Shown piece after piece: positions 1 through 9,986 of a stretch of 64,000 nucleotides of DNA. The stretch is from sequence record SRR31156797_1719; one strand, 5' to 3'. Made by a program: the position numbers and the translations under genes. The first letter of the stretch is position 1. Every line of letters starts with the position of its first letter. Under the pieces are notes generated by a model. It did not search any database. It saw only the letters and a program-made list of their open reading frames with translations, and was not told the origin of the DNA.

Positions 1-127
1 GATTCATCAGTCCCATAAATTATAGAGCCAGAATTTTTTCTCTGTATTCTCCTGCTTTTTTTGAGAACAGAAACAACAAGCTTATTCCATGCACCCATTT
101 TCTAAGAGTGAGTAATAAAGTAAATCA

Positions 128-163
128 AGCCCATTATTGTTGCATGTGCAACAATAATGGGCT
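128..163. promoter_or_regulatory. Perfect 17-bp inverted repeat, probable MarR operator
   Basis: AGCCCATTATTGTTGCA-TG-TGCAACAATAATGGGCT directly upstream of a TATAGT -10-like hexamer and the marR RBS. Confidence 0.75.
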
Positions 164-194
164 ATTATAGTGCTAGATAGGGAGGGGATAGTTC

Positions 195-647
195 GTGGAG
201 GATATCCTTCGTGAGATAGGTTCGATCAGTAGAATGTTGGAATCCATTGCTAATATTGAATTTAAAGAGGTTCAACTCAGTAAAGGACAATACATTTACT
301 TAGTTCGTATATTTGAAAATGAAGGAATTATTCCTGAACGATTAGCCGAACGGATCAAAGTTGATCGCACGACTTTGTCCCGGGCGGTAAAAAAGTTAGA
401 GGAAAATGGGTTTATTCTAAAAGAGTCAGACAAAGAAAATAAAAAAATCAAACACTTATACACAACCGCCAAAGGGAAACAAGCGGTTCAATTAATCATA
501 AGAGAAAATAACTATTCAAATAAAGTAGCGATTCAACAGTTATCTGCTTTAGAAAGAAAAAATCTTGCGGAAATGCTGAAAAAAATAAAATCTTCGGTAG
601 AAGTTGATTGGGTCAACGTCAAGAATGGGATCAAAAGAGACTATTAA
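195..647 (+). CDS. MarR family transcriptional regulator
   Basis: 150 aa, wHTH motif LAERIKVDRTTLSRAVKKLEENGFI...D.ENKK...LYTT.KG; GGAGG RBS, GTG start. Confidence 0.9.
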   Translation: MEDILREIGSISRMLESIANIEFKEVQLSKGQYIYLVRIFENEGIIPERLAERIKVDRTTLSRAVKKLEENGFILKESDKENKKIKHLYTTAKGKQAVQLIIRENNYSNKVAIQQLSALERKNLAEMLKKIKSSVEVDWVNVKNGIKRDY

Positions 648-833
648 ACGAATAACGCCGCTGGGGAGATTGGATCTGATTGAATGTACATTCATGCTAC
701 CTAGGGTAGGAAGCACAGGTAGCTGATATTTGGTTAAAAAGGATATAGCTCGGCTGGCTGCTGAAAAAACAGAGATCCTGAAAAATAAAGGACATGAATT
801 TGTTCAAATAAACTAAACAGGAGTGTAGAGAAA

Positions 834-1565
834 GTGAAGAAAATAATGATCGATCAAGAATTTTGGGCACTATTTCCAGAAGCACAAATCAACTGCCTTG
901 TTGTAAAAAATATAAACAATGTTGCCGATGCTGCACACGAAACGTTTTTTACTGACTTGCTAAAAAGTAGTAAAGAACAAGCAAAGCGCTACTTAACAAC
1001 CGACACCTTCAGTGAAAACCAAGTGATCCAAGAATGGCGAAGTGCTTTTCAGCAATTTAAAACGAAAAAAGGGGTACGCGCTTCCATCGAAGCACTGTTG
1101 AAACGGGTGAATCAAGACAGAGAATTTTCTCCCATCAATCCTTTAGTAGATATTTATAATAGTATTTCCTTGAAATATGGTGTCCCTTTAGGCGGAGAAG
1201 ACCTCGATACAATCGTTGGCGACCTTCATTTAGGCGTTGCAAAAGGTGGCGAATCTTTCTTTCCCTTAGGTGCAGATACTGATTCCCCAGCCTTGGAAAA
1301 GGAAGTCATTTACTATGATGAGAAAGGTGCAATCTGTCGATGCTTAAATTGGCGGGAAGCTCAACGTACGATGCTAACAGAAGAGACCACCAATGCTGTT
1401 TTATTCATTGAATCGATCAATGAAACGCAACGGGCTCGGGCGAATGAAGCAATCAAAGAGTTAAGTCAGTTGGTTCAAGAGTATTTTAAAGTAGCAGGTA
1501 ATGATTATGTGCTAAGTAAAGAAAGTCCTGAAATCATTTTGCAAGGGCGAGCTTCTTGTCTATAG
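834..1565 (+). CDS. Stand-alone B3/4 domain protein (PheRS beta editing-domain-like, putative aminoacyl-tRNA deacylase)
   Basis: Motifs SIEALLKR, INPLVDIYNSISL, GGEDLD, CRCLNWRE typical of B3/4 proteins. Confidence 0.85.
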   Translation: MKKIMIDQEFWALFPEAQINCLVVKNINNVADAAHETFFTDLLKSSKEQAKRYLTTDTFSENQVIQEWRSAFQQFKTKKGVRASIEALLKRVNQDREFSPINPLVDIYNSISLKYGVPLGGEDLDTIVGDLHLGVAKGGESFFPLGADTDSPALEKEVIYYDEKGAICRCLNWREAQRTMLTEETTNAVLFIESINETQRARANEAIKELSQLVQEYFKVAGNDYVLSKESPEIILQGRASCL

Positions 1566-1724
1566 GATAAGGATGTACACGTACTTTTTCTCGATTTTGC
1601 ATACCATTCTCTCATTTTGATTGATCGGTCATCGTGAAAATCTTGACCCAAATATTCGGATGTGCAATAATTAGGTGGAATTTAAATAATGACATTAGAT
1701 TTGTTCGCCGGAATAAATCTTATT

Positions 1725-1780
1725 GAAGTCAGAAAAACTAACCTTAGGCTTTTATGGTTAGTTTGTCTGACTTCTTTTTT
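1725..1780 (+). terminator. Intrinsic terminator in the 5' leader of the P-type ATPase gene (attenuator candidate)
   Basis: GAAGTCAGAAAAACTAACC...GGTTAGTTTGTCTGACTTC followed by T-run, lying between a TTGACC-17-AATAAT promoter (1643-1671) and the AGGAGG RBS. Confidence 0.65.
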
Positions 1781-1800
1781 GTTTTAGGAGGTATAGGCAG

Positions 1801-4362
1801 ATGTTAAAAGAACAATTGAAAGAAAAAGGAAAGAGCCCTAACCAGTCGGGACTTTCCAGTAAAGAAGCAGAAATGAAGCTAGAAAAATATGGGTTTAATT
1901 CCATAGAAAGCAAAGACGAGAAGCATTTTTATGACTATTTGAAAGAGTCGATGAAGGATATTACCATCTTGATTTTAATCGTTGCAACGCTCTTATCTAG
2001 TTACGTTGCATTTCAAAACCACCCTGATGATTTTACGGAACCAATAGTCATCTTTTCAATTGTCATTCTTAATCTATATTTGTCGATTCGACAGCAAAAA
2101 CATGCGGAAAAATCAATAAGTGAATTAAATAAGATAAGTGTTCCCGTAAGTAAAGTATTCAGAGATGGGGCGTTAAAAGAGATTGAAAGTTTGAACATTG
2201 TTCCTGGTGATATTGTTCAGTTGGCATTAGGGGACCGTATTCCAGCAGATGCTAAACTTTTAACTAGTAGTAATTTCTTTGTTGATGAATCGTTTCTAAC
2301 TGGTGAAAGTGAACCAAGTGAAAAAGATCCCACCTATATTTCTTCTAAAGAAGATTCTTTAGGGGACAGAAAAGACTTGGTTTTTTCTGGCTCATTAGTA
2401 GTCACAGGAAAAGCAAACGTTCGAGTTGAAAAGACAGGAATGAATACGGAAATTGGTAAAATATCGAGCTTATTAAGCAAGGAAGAAACAACCATAGCAC
2501 CTCTACAAATAAAAATGCAAAAACTTGGGAAAGTTCTAGGACTAATCGCTATTCTCTCTGGCTTTCTAGCGATTGCTATAGGAATCAGCAAAGGATTGTC
2601 TTTAGAGACCAGTATCATGACCGCAATATCCATGGCTGTTGCTGCTATTCCAGAGGTTTTGCCAGTCGTAGTAACAATCTCTCTAGCGGTTGGGATGAGA
2701 AATATGGCACTGAAGAAAACCATCGTTAGGACTCCTTCAACAGTAGAAACCGTTGGAGGTGTTTCAATCATCTGCTCAGATAAAACTGGAACGATTACGG
2801 AAAATAAGATGATCGTGAAAGAAGTTATTATCATGAAGGATAGACTGACTTCCTGCTTAGAAATAACAGAAGAGAAGGATAAAAATCTCTTATTTCTCTT
2901 CTATCTTGCTAGTTCGATGGAAGAAAATGCAACAGTAACCAGTAATCCAACAGAGTTGGCGATCAGAAAAAAACTGGCATCGCTCTTCACTAAAGAGGAA
3001 CTAGGTAAAGTCGCTTCAACCTTTGAACAGATTCATGAAGTTCCTTTTGATTCAAAACGAAAAAGAATGACTGTCTTATATAAAGTAAACAACCAATATG
3101 TTTCTGTCACAAAAGGGGCTTTTGATCGCTTGGATCTCATTGATGCGAACAACCCCACCTACGTGAGCAAGCATGATGAGTTGGCCAATCAAGCATACCG
3201 TGTTTTGGGCGTTGCTTATAAAAGATACGATGAAAAACCTACACGTCTTACTGAAGAAATTCTTGAAAGTCAGTTAGAGTTTGCAGGATTTGTTGGGATT
3301 ATCGACCCAGCTCGGCCCGAAAGCTATACGGCTGTTTCTATTGCAAAACAAGCAGGGATTCAAACCGTAATGATCACAGGGGACCACTTACTAACAGCAA
3401 AAAAAATCGCAGAAGATGTAGGAATTCTCACCGATGGGAAAAAAGCAATGACCGGCGCGGATTTACATGAAATGAGCGATGAAAAATTAGCCCATGTGAT
3501 TGATGACTATCGAGTCTTTGCCCGTACTTCCCCAGAAGATAAAATTCGAATCGTAAAAGCATTTCAAAAAAATGATGAGATTGTCGCTATGACTGGCGAT
3601 GGTGTCAATGATGCACCTGCATTAAAAGCAGCTGATGTAGGGATCGCAATGGGAGGTGGCACAGAAGTAGCAAAGGAAGCTTCTGATATGGTTTTAGTAG
3701 ACGATAATTTTGCGACGATTGTTCAGGCGGTTGAAGAAGGACGACGGGTATACAGCAATATCAGAAAATCATTATACGCGATGCTTGGTTGCAATATTTC
3801 TGCACTGACGATCGTTTTAATTTCCTTGCTCGTTGGGTGGGGAGCACCTGTTACAGCGGTTCAATTGTTAATCATAAAAGTAGTTGCAGATGGAATCCCA
3901 GGAATGAGTCTTAGCATTGAACCAGTCGATAAAAAAGCAATGATGGAAGCCCCGATCGCTAAATACACGAGCATTTTTGCGCAAGGATTATTGGTAAAAA
4001 TTGTAGAAATCTCAATTGTTTTTACAGGCGTCACATTAGGCGCGATTCTAATTGGACGTCTAGAATCGATAGAGGTTTCGCAGACAATGACATTTATTGT
4101 ATTGGGATTATCAACTATTGTGCATATGTTTAATTGTAGAAGTAAAGAATCTATTCTGAAGCTGCGTTTTTTGAGCAATCCGTTGTTAGTAATGACAACC
4201 TTCATAGGTGCATTGATCATTATCTTGTTAGTAACGATTCCATTCATGCAAACTATTTTTGGCTTTGTTTCTCTTCGTGCAGTTGACTGGCTATGGGTAA
4301 TCGGCTTATCCATTTTTCCTTTAGTGTATATTGAAGTGAAAAAATACTTTGGTTTCTTCTAA
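1801..4362 (+). CDS. Cation-translocating P-type ATPase (type IIA-like, Ca2+/Mn2+)
   Basis: TGES, PE in TM4 (AAIPEVLP), DKTGT phosphorylation motif, MITGDH, TGDGVNDAPALK. Confidence 0.95.
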   Translation: MLKEQLKEKGKSPNQSGLSSKEAEMKLEKYGFNSIESKDEKHFYDYLKESMKDITILILIVATLLSSYVAFQNHPDDFTEPIVIFSIVILNLYLSIRQQKHAEKSISELNKISVPVSKVFRDGALKEIESLNIVPGDIVQLALGDRIPADAKLLTSSNFFVDESFLTGESEPSEKDPTYISSKEDSLGDRKDLVFSGSLVVTGKANVRVEKTGMNTEIGKISSLLSKEETTIAPLQIKMQKLGKVLGLIAILSGFLAIAIGISKGLSLETSIMTAISMAVAAIPEVLPVVVTISLAVGMRNMALKKTIVRTPSTVETVGGVSIICSDKTGTITENKMIVKEVIIMKDRLTSCLEITEEKDKNLLFLFYLASSMEENATVTSNPTELAIRKKLASLFTKEELGKVASTFEQIHEVPFDSKRKRMTVLYKVNNQYVSVTKGAFDRLDLIDANNPTYVSKHDELANQAYRVLGVAYKRYDEKPTRLTEEILESQLEFAGFVGIIDPARPESYTAVSIAKQAGIQTVMITGDHLLTAKKIAEDVGILTDGKKAMTGADLHEMSDEKLAHVIDDYRVFARTSPEDKIRIVKAFQKNDEIVAMTGDGVNDAPALKAADVGIAMGGGTEVAKEASDMVLVDDNFATIVQAVEEGRRVYSNIRKSLYAMLGCNISALTIVLISLLVGWGAPVTAVQLLIIKVVADGIPGMSLSIEPVDKKAMMEAPIAKYTSIFAQGLLVKIVEISIVFTGVTLGAILIGRLESIEVSQTMTFIVLGLSTIVHMFNCRSKESILKLRFLSNPLLVMTTFIGALIIILLVTIPFMQTIFGFVSLRAVDWLWVIGLSIFPLVYIEVKKYFGFF

Positions 4363-4673
4363 TAAGAATGATAAATAGAAAATCCTCTGTTAACAAATTT
4401 TCTTGAGAAATGAGGGAGGGCAAAAACTGGGAAGTTTTTGCGTCTCCTTTAATTATTTACAGACGCTTATGATTTCTGGTTTGATATTATTTAGAAGATA
4501 TCAGAATGCATAGCAACTATTGTTGAAAGGAAGGAATCGGTAGTATGTTTCAGGAAAATCACCAGAAGTAGCTAAAAAAATCCCCTCTATTCTACTCTCT
4601 TTTTCAAGAATTCCTGTTAAATGGTAGGTTTTATGTCAAAATGAAAGGTAGAAATCGATGAGGAGTTGTTGAA

Positions 4674-5165
4674 ATGAAGGAAACAATATTAGCAATGAAG
4701 CTGAAAGAATATAGAGAAAAAAACAAGCTAACACAAAGTATGCTAGCAGAATTATTAGAAGTAAGTGACAAGACAATCTCAAAATGGGAGTTAGGTGCTA
4801 CGTACCCTAGCAAAAAAAATATGATCAAAATAGCCGAAGAATTGGATATCTCATTAGAAACATTACTTTTGGAAGAAACTAAGAAAGACAATGATGATTT
4901 AAAAGTAAGTATCAAGTATGGGGTGATTAGTTTTTGCTTGCTCTTTTTTGTCACGATGATCGTTACTTCGTTCAATCAAGACTTCAGCACGATTATGAAT
5001 CTTTCTATTCAAGAAAAATTTGGTGTACTTTTAAACACTGCTTTAAAATTATTGAGCATCTCGGTGCCGCCAGCGATCATCATTGGCTCCGTGTTTTATT
5101 TTTATATCTTCCCTAAAAATAAAAAAGAGAACGAACCATTTCCTCGGTTTCGACAGAAATGGTAG
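4674..5165 (+). CDS. XRE-family HTH regulator with C-terminal transmembrane helices
   Basis: LTQ..LAE.L.VS.KTISKWE.G..YP N-terminal HTH followed by two hydrophobic segments. Confidence 0.85.
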   Translation: MKETILAMKLKEYREKNKLTQSMLAELLEVSDKTISKWELGATYPSKKNMIKIAEELDISLETLLLEETKKDNDDLKVSIKYGVISFCLLFFVTMIVTSFNQDFSTIMNLSIQEKFGVLLNTALKLLSISVPPAIIIGSVFYFYIFPKNKKENEPFPRFRQKW

Positions 5166-5276
5166 ATTAGAGTATAGGAATCAAGTCATGGACAGAAAAA
5201 CGCATTTTAGATAAAAAGAATGCTCAGTCTGGCTAGTGTGAAAAGCGCATAAATTTTATAAGAAGGGGAGAACAGG

Positions 5277-5483
5277 GTGGGATTCTTTGGTAAAAAGAAA
5301 GAAGTCAGAAATTTAACGAAGGAAGAAGAAGCAGAGATCAAAGAAGAAATGGCACGACAAATTCTTTCGAAAAACGAAAATGATATTGGCATGGTCAAGA
5401 AAATTAAAGTCCTGACAAACATGCGTACAGGACAAGCGAAAGACCTATTCCTGAAATTTAGGGATGAGTTAACCGAGAATTAA
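5277..5483 (+). CDS. Small hypothetical protein
   Basis: 68 aa, AAGGGGAG RBS, GTG start, natural-looking charged sequence. Confidence 0.65.
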   Translation: MGFFGKKKEVRNLTKEEEAEIKEEMARQILSKNENDIGMVKKIKVLTNMRTGQAKDLFLKFRDELTEN

Positions 5484-5581
5484 TCGGATAGGGAATCAGA
5501 TAGCGATTGCCCTTCAAGAAGGCGATATTTTGCTTATTATGTTTCTTTCAAAATTGAGATGAATAGAAAGGGAGAATAGAT

Positions 5582-5665
5582 ATGAAGAAAAAAAACTCTG
5601 AAAAATGGTATTTTTGGGTACTTGTTGTCATAATGGTTGTTGTCTTTTTCTATCTTACTAAGTAA
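5582..5665 (+). CDS. Small single-pass membrane peptide (27 aa, MKKKNSEKWYFWVLVVIMVVVFFYLTK)
   Basis: Below the ORF-track cutoff; AAGGGAG RBS, basic N-terminus plus one hydrophobic helix. Confidence 0.5.
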   Translation: MKKKNSEKWYFWVLVVIMVVVFFYLTK

Positions 5666-5964
5666 AGAGAATGAATTTTCTTGAAAATAAACACTTACTA
5701 AGAATGACTATTTTTTAAGTTATGAATGGATGATGATTTTATGAAAAACGAATATGGATTTACCTTGATTTCAGTTTTAACTATGTTATCCATTAGATTA
5801 TTATATTGATGAATGAAGCATCCAGAGACCCATTGTTTTCTGAATGCTTTTTTCATCTACAAATCATTCTTTGAGAATCCGGCTGTTGCGAAAAATCAGT
5901 GATAGTGTATTAGAATATATGATGAATTCTGTTGAAGGGTGCGTTCATTAAATGGCTCGGGCGA

Positions 5965-7023
5965 TTAATTCCCTGTAGGGTTTCCATTAAAAGGACCACT
6001 TACAACGACTTTTCCCAACATATGGCCACTTTCGACATCTCTCGTTGCGCGCTTCAAATTTGCCGCGTTGATTCCATCCGAATAGACTTTGCTTAAGGTT
6101 GTTTTTAGTGTCCCTTCATTTGCTAAATCAGCAATCACTTTTAGCGCTTGTCCTTGTGTCTCGATTTGATAGTCGTGGTCTGTTTTAGCGAACATATACT
6201 CCCAATCAAAGCTAACAGAAAGGTTTTTCCATACACTTAAATCAAGGGGCTCGTGAAGGCCAACGATCGTGCCCACATGACCATAAGGTTTTACCAAATG
6301 GCTGATTTGATCAAAGTATTGGGTGATGTCAAACAAGACAGCGATATAGTCAACATTCGGAACGCCTAATTCTCGAAAGCTGTCCCTTAGGTCGTGATGG
6401 TAGTCTAAAGGGTGGTCAACCCCGGTTTTTTGAAGCCAGTCAAAATTTTTTGAACTAGCGGTAGCATACACTTCTAGACCTGCCCAATGAGCCAACTGAT
6501 TCAGTATCGATCCGACGCCACCCGCACCATTGATGACGAGAATACTTTTCCCTTGATTGGCGTTTTCTTTAGGAATCAAGCCGAATTTTTCAAACAGCAA
6601 TTCATAAGCGGTTAATGCAGTCAATGGGAATGCAGCAGCCTCTTCATCTGTTAAATTTTTAGGGGCTAGGGCAACGATCCGTTCATCGACTGCTTGATAT
6701 TCTTGATTGCTTCCTGATCGAGTGGTGGTTCCTGCATAAAAGACCCGATCACCAACAGTAAATTTCATGACATCTTTTCCGACAGCGACCACTTCTCCGA
6801 CCGCATCAAAACCTAAGATACGCAGGGCATTTCGCTTGCGAGTCGTTTGCCGTAATTTGGTGTCGACTGGATTGACCGAAACGGCTTTGATTTTTACTAA
6901 TAAATCACGAGGGCCTGGAACAGGGATTCCTTCTTTTTGGTCAATAAAACTATGCGTAGATTCAATTGGCAGGCCTTCGAAAAAGCCTATTACATTCATC
7001 GTTTTCTGTTCTGACATCTTCAT
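5965..7023 (-). CDS. Zinc-binding alcohol dehydrogenase family / quinone oxidoreductase-like protein
   Basis: AVSVNPVDTK, LGFDAVGEV, PLTALTAYE, INGAGGVGS NAD(P) motif. Confidence 0.9.
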   Translation of the reverse strand: MKMSEQKTMNVIGFFEGLPIESTHSFIDQKEGIPVPGPRDLLVKIKAVSVNPVDTKLRQTTRKRNALRILGFDAVGEVVAVGKDVMKFTVGDRVFYAGTTTRSGSNQEYQAVDERIVALAPKNLTDEEAAAFPLTALTAYELLFEKFGLIPKENANQGKSILVINGAGGVGSILNQLAHWAGLEVYATASSKNFDWLQKTGVDHPLDYHHDLRDSFRELGVPNVDYIAVLFDITQYFDQISHLVKPYGHVGTIVGLHEPLDLSVWKNLSVSFDWEYMFAKTDHDYQIETQGQALKVIADLANEGTLKTTLSKVYSDGINAANLKRATRDVESGHMLGKVVVSGPFNGNPTGN

Positions 7024-7092
7024 TCCTCCTTTTCTGGATAGAAAATCGCATTAGTTCTTTTACGTATTGCCCTCCCTTTGGATCAAGACCGG

Positions 7093-8181
7093 TTAGTTTG
7101 CTTTCGCAGGATTTTTTCCGATAAAAATGCGGAACAGACTGTAAGGCTTCTCTCTCAGGTCTTCTCCTTTGTGAAAACTAGCCTGCCGTTGCAGCTGGTT
7201 GGCGTTAAAATATAAGTATTGATCTGGTCCAATAGATAAAGTATCTGGCCATAAAATACGCGGATCGTGAGCCAAAGTCTCCATAGTACCATCCGTGTGA
7301 ATCACACGAATGCTGTTGTTTTCATAGTCGCCAGCATAGATCGTTCCATCTTCTGCCGTAATCATGCCATCAGAGGCGCCTTTTTCGCCCCAATCTTTAA
7401 CATGTGCTTCTAATGCGTGATCATCAATTTCTTTGTTGAAAATTTTATCGGTTTCAATTGAGTATAAATGTCGACTGGATAAAGGACTAAAAAACAAGGT
7501 TTTTCCGTCGGGAGAAATCGCTAGGCCGTCAGCTGCCACTTGCCAATGCGAAGTTGTTCCATCAGCCGAGCGATTTAACAAAATCTCGCCTTCAACTTTA
7601 GGAATAAAGGCTGGATCAACCGCGGTGGAGGGCGTGCCATCTAAAATACGGAATGCATCGCCAGTACCTAAATCGAGTACGATCAACGCACCAGGACCGG
7701 TAATAGAAGAATCGGTTATATAGGCTACCCCTTCAGAACCGCGGCGTAAATCAATTCGAACATCATTCAAATACGTAGAGTCTAGGACGACATCCGGTGA
7801 AAAAGTATAGACTTTGCGAATTTGATTAGTACTTAAATCCACAGCAACCAGTTTTGCCCCACCCTTAACAGGAACGGTGAATTTGGGTGCAGCGGTATCC
7901 AATACCCACAAAGTACCAGCACCATCAGCAACGATACTTTGTACACTTAGAAATCCGTTTTCCGGTTTTTGAGGATCAAATGTATTCGCTTCTTGGCTAG
8001 GATAAGGAATTAATTTGCCGTCTACTCGTTCAACGACTGTCGCGGTTACTTGGTCTCCCCATTCAGGAAAATTAATAAAGATTCTCCCGGTTTCCGATAA
8101 GCTAACGCCGGTAGGCATCGCATCATAAAATTCATGGACTTGTTCTAGTTTGCCAAAATAGTTTTCTTTTGCAGCATTCAT
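7093..8181 (-). CDS. Major royal jelly protein / yellow-like beta-propeller protein
   Basis: PTGVSLS..GRIFINFP, SVQS...D..GTLWVLDT, YLNDVRID, AYITDS, ADGLAISPDG, LWPDT motifs. Confidence 0.85.
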   Translation of the reverse strand: MNAAKENYFGKLEQVHEFYDAMPTGVSLSETGRIFINFPEWGDQVTATVVERVDGKLIPYPSQEANTFDPQKPENGFLSVQSIVADGAGTLWVLDTAAPKFTVPVKGGAKLVAVDLSTNQIRKVYTFSPDVVLDSTYLNDVRIDLRRGSEGVAYITDSSITGPGALIVLDLGTGDAFRILDGTPSTAVDPAFIPKVEGEILLNRSADGTTSHWQVAADGLAISPDGKTLFFSPLSSRHLYSIETDKIFNKEIDDHALEAHVKDWGEKGASDGMITAEDGTIYAGDYENNSIRVIHTDGTMETLAHDPRILWPDTLSIGPDQYLYFNANQLQRQASFHKGEDLREKPYSLFRIFIGKNPAKAN

Positions 8182-8207
8182 TACGTATCTTCCTCTCTGA
8201 GCTTTCC

Positions 8208-8738
8208 CTATTTCACTTCGACTTCAAAGTTCACAACACCACGAGCTAGGACATGTCCAAAGGTATTAAAAATGAAAAAAGCTGGGGTAGAATCCTCAGG
8301 AATTTCAACTTTCTCAATAGCCAATGCCCAAACCGTTAAGAAGTAGTGATGAACACCATGACCTTTGGGCGGCGCAGCACCAATATATTTTTTCATGCGT
8401 GCATCATTTGGTAATTGAACGGCTCCCGGTGGCAGCTTTGCGTTATCGCTACTGCCGGCTCCTTGTGATAATTCCTCTACAGAAGCGGGGATATTCATGA
8501 CTGCCCAATGCCAAAATCCTGATCCAGTTGGTGCATCAGGGTCGTATAAGGTAACCGCATAGCTTTTCGTATTGCTTGGTGCACCGGTCCAGTGAAGCTC
8601 TGGTGAAATATCTTGTCCATCCTCAATCCCAAAATCACCAGACATAAATTTTTTATCCATAAGTTTCCCGTCAACAATGTCCTTACTGGTCACGTGAAAC
8701 GCTGGCACGTCTTGTAATCCTAAAAATGGATCGTTCAT
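8208..8738 (-). CDS. YbhB/YbcL family PEBP (Raf kinase inhibitor-like) protein
   Basis: SPELHW, YDPDAPTGSGFWHW, GAAPP.GHG.HHY motifs. Confidence 0.92.
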   Translation of the reverse strand: MNDPFLGLQDVPAFHVTSKDIVDGKLMDKKFMSGDFGIEDGQDISPELHWTGAPSNTKSYAVTLYDPDAPTGSGFWHWAVMNIPASVEELSQGAGSSDNAKLPPGAVQLPNDARMKKYIGAAPPKGHGVHHYFLTVWALAIEKVEIPEDSTPAFFIFNTFGHVLARGVVNFEVEVK

Positions 8739-8799
8739 ACTATCTCCTCCTTGAAACGTGTTTTTGTAACAAGGATAGCGTAATCCTCGGTCAATGAAA

Positions 8800-8824
8800 T
8801 GTAAATTAGGGAATTTTTTTATAC
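8800..8824 (-). promoter_or_regulatory. Putative HxlR-family operator abutting the -35 of the PEBP-MRJP-ZnADH operon promoter
   Basis: Minus strand GTATAAAAAAATTCCCTAATTTACA ending in TTTACA, then 17 nt, then TACGCT; 24/25 identical to the site at 9987-10011. Confidence 0.7.
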
Positions 8825-8829
8825 CACAA

Positions 8830-9531
8830 TTAGAGGTGAACGAGTGTAAACTGACTTAAGAAGCCTGCTTGCCAGTCTTTATCCGATTTCAAATGGACTT
8901 GACCGTAATCAACTAGCCAACCATGAAAGTTTTGAGCTTGTTCATTGGTAAATGTATCTGGTAATTCGATCATATTTTGAAGGGTGAGGTAAGTAAGCGG
9001 CTCATTTAGGCCTAAGCGACTAAAAATTCGTTGTGCGTATTTATCAGCGATAAACACGACCTTATTAAACACAAAAACCATTAGTACATCTGCCGTTTCA
9101 TAGCCAACACCATAGATAGCTAGCAACTCTTTTCGTAACTCAGCCTGTTCTTTTTTCTGTAGAATACCGATATCATAGTTGTAGCGCTGAAACCAAGAAA
9201 AGATTTCTTTTATCGCGCGGGATTTATTTTTGTAGAAACCACTGGGCCGAATCAGATCCTGAAGAAGGAACTGATCAATTTCTGCCAATCTTTTCGGAGA
9301 AAATCCAATCTCTCTTCTGATGTTTGCTAAGGAATAGGCCACATTTTTCCAATTGGTATTTTGAACCAAAATTGATCCGACAACGATTTCCCATGGATTT
9401 TCTGTATCCCACCACGTTGAATGTTCCATTGATGTGCTTAATGCTTCATATAATTCTTCAATATTTTCAATCTTTTTCACGTTAAAAACCTCATTTTTAC
9501 TAGCAGTCGCGATCAATTGCAAGTTAAACAT
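8830..9531 (-). CDS. HhH-GPD family DNA glycosylase (endonuclease III-related)
   Basis: EIVVGSILVQNTNWKNV, IRPSGFY..K, LL.IYGVGYETAD helix-hairpin-helix. Confidence 0.88.
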   Translation of the reverse strand: MFNLQLIATASKNEVFNVKKIENIEELYEALSTSMEHSTWWDTENPWEIVVGSILVQNTNWKNVAYSLANIRREIGFSPKRLAEIDQFLLQDLIRPSGFYKNKSRAIKEIFSWFQRYNYDIGILQKKEQAELRKELLAIYGVGYETADVLMVFVFNKVVFIADKYAQRIFSRLGLNEPLTYLTLQNMIELPDTFTNEQAQNFHGWLVDYGQVHLKSDKDWQAGFLSQFTLVHL

Positions 9532-9881
9532 TCTTCTTCAAGTAATCCCGCGTTTTTGTGATTAAAATCTTCGCCCCAGCGATACAATAATTCAATGATC
9601 TCTTTTAAAGAGTAGCCATAATCGGTCATTCCATACACAACCTGTAATGGTTTTTCCTGAACGACCTTACGATAGATCAATCCATCCTTTTCTAAATCTT
9701 TCAACTGCAAAGAGACCATTCTTCTAGTGATGCCAGGAATCAGCTTTTGTAGTTCGTTATAGCGAAGTGACCCATCAAACATCAAATGATATAAGATAAC
9801 GCTTTTCCAACGACCTGAAATCATTTGTAAAGTCGATTCGACCGCGCAGCCATGTTCGCAATTGTATATTTTTCTTGTCAT
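9513..9881 (-). CDS. HxlR/DUF24 family winged-helix regulator
   Basis: GCAVESTLQMISGRWKSVIL, LRYNEL...IPGIT.RM.S.QLKDLE.DGLI; start moved to ATG 9881 behind an AAGGAG RBS; N-terminal Cys typical of redox-sensing members. Confidence 0.9.
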   Translation of the reverse strand: MTRKIYNCEHGCAVESTLQMISGRWKSVILYHLMFDGSLRYNELQKLIPGITRRMVSLQLKDLEKDGLIYRKVVQEKPLQVVYGMTDYGYSLKEIIELLYRWGEDFNHKNAGLLEEECLTCN

Positions 9882-9986
9882 CTTCCGTTGTCTCCTTTTC
9901 CGTATGTCTGAGAGTATCATAAGGATTTACTTACTATTTGTAAAACAATTCATCTCCTAATCGTAAGAAGGCAATAAGAAATAGAC

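Noticed and set aside
648-833. Protein-like reading fragment (LVKKDIARLAAEKTEILKNKGHEFVQIN) between marR and B3/4
   Set aside because: Cannot assign it to a family; upstream stops; at most an unidentifiable remnant
5741-5809. GFTL prepilin-like motif
   Set aside because: Lacks the +5 Glu, the ORF is only 22 aa and there are no pilus genes nearby
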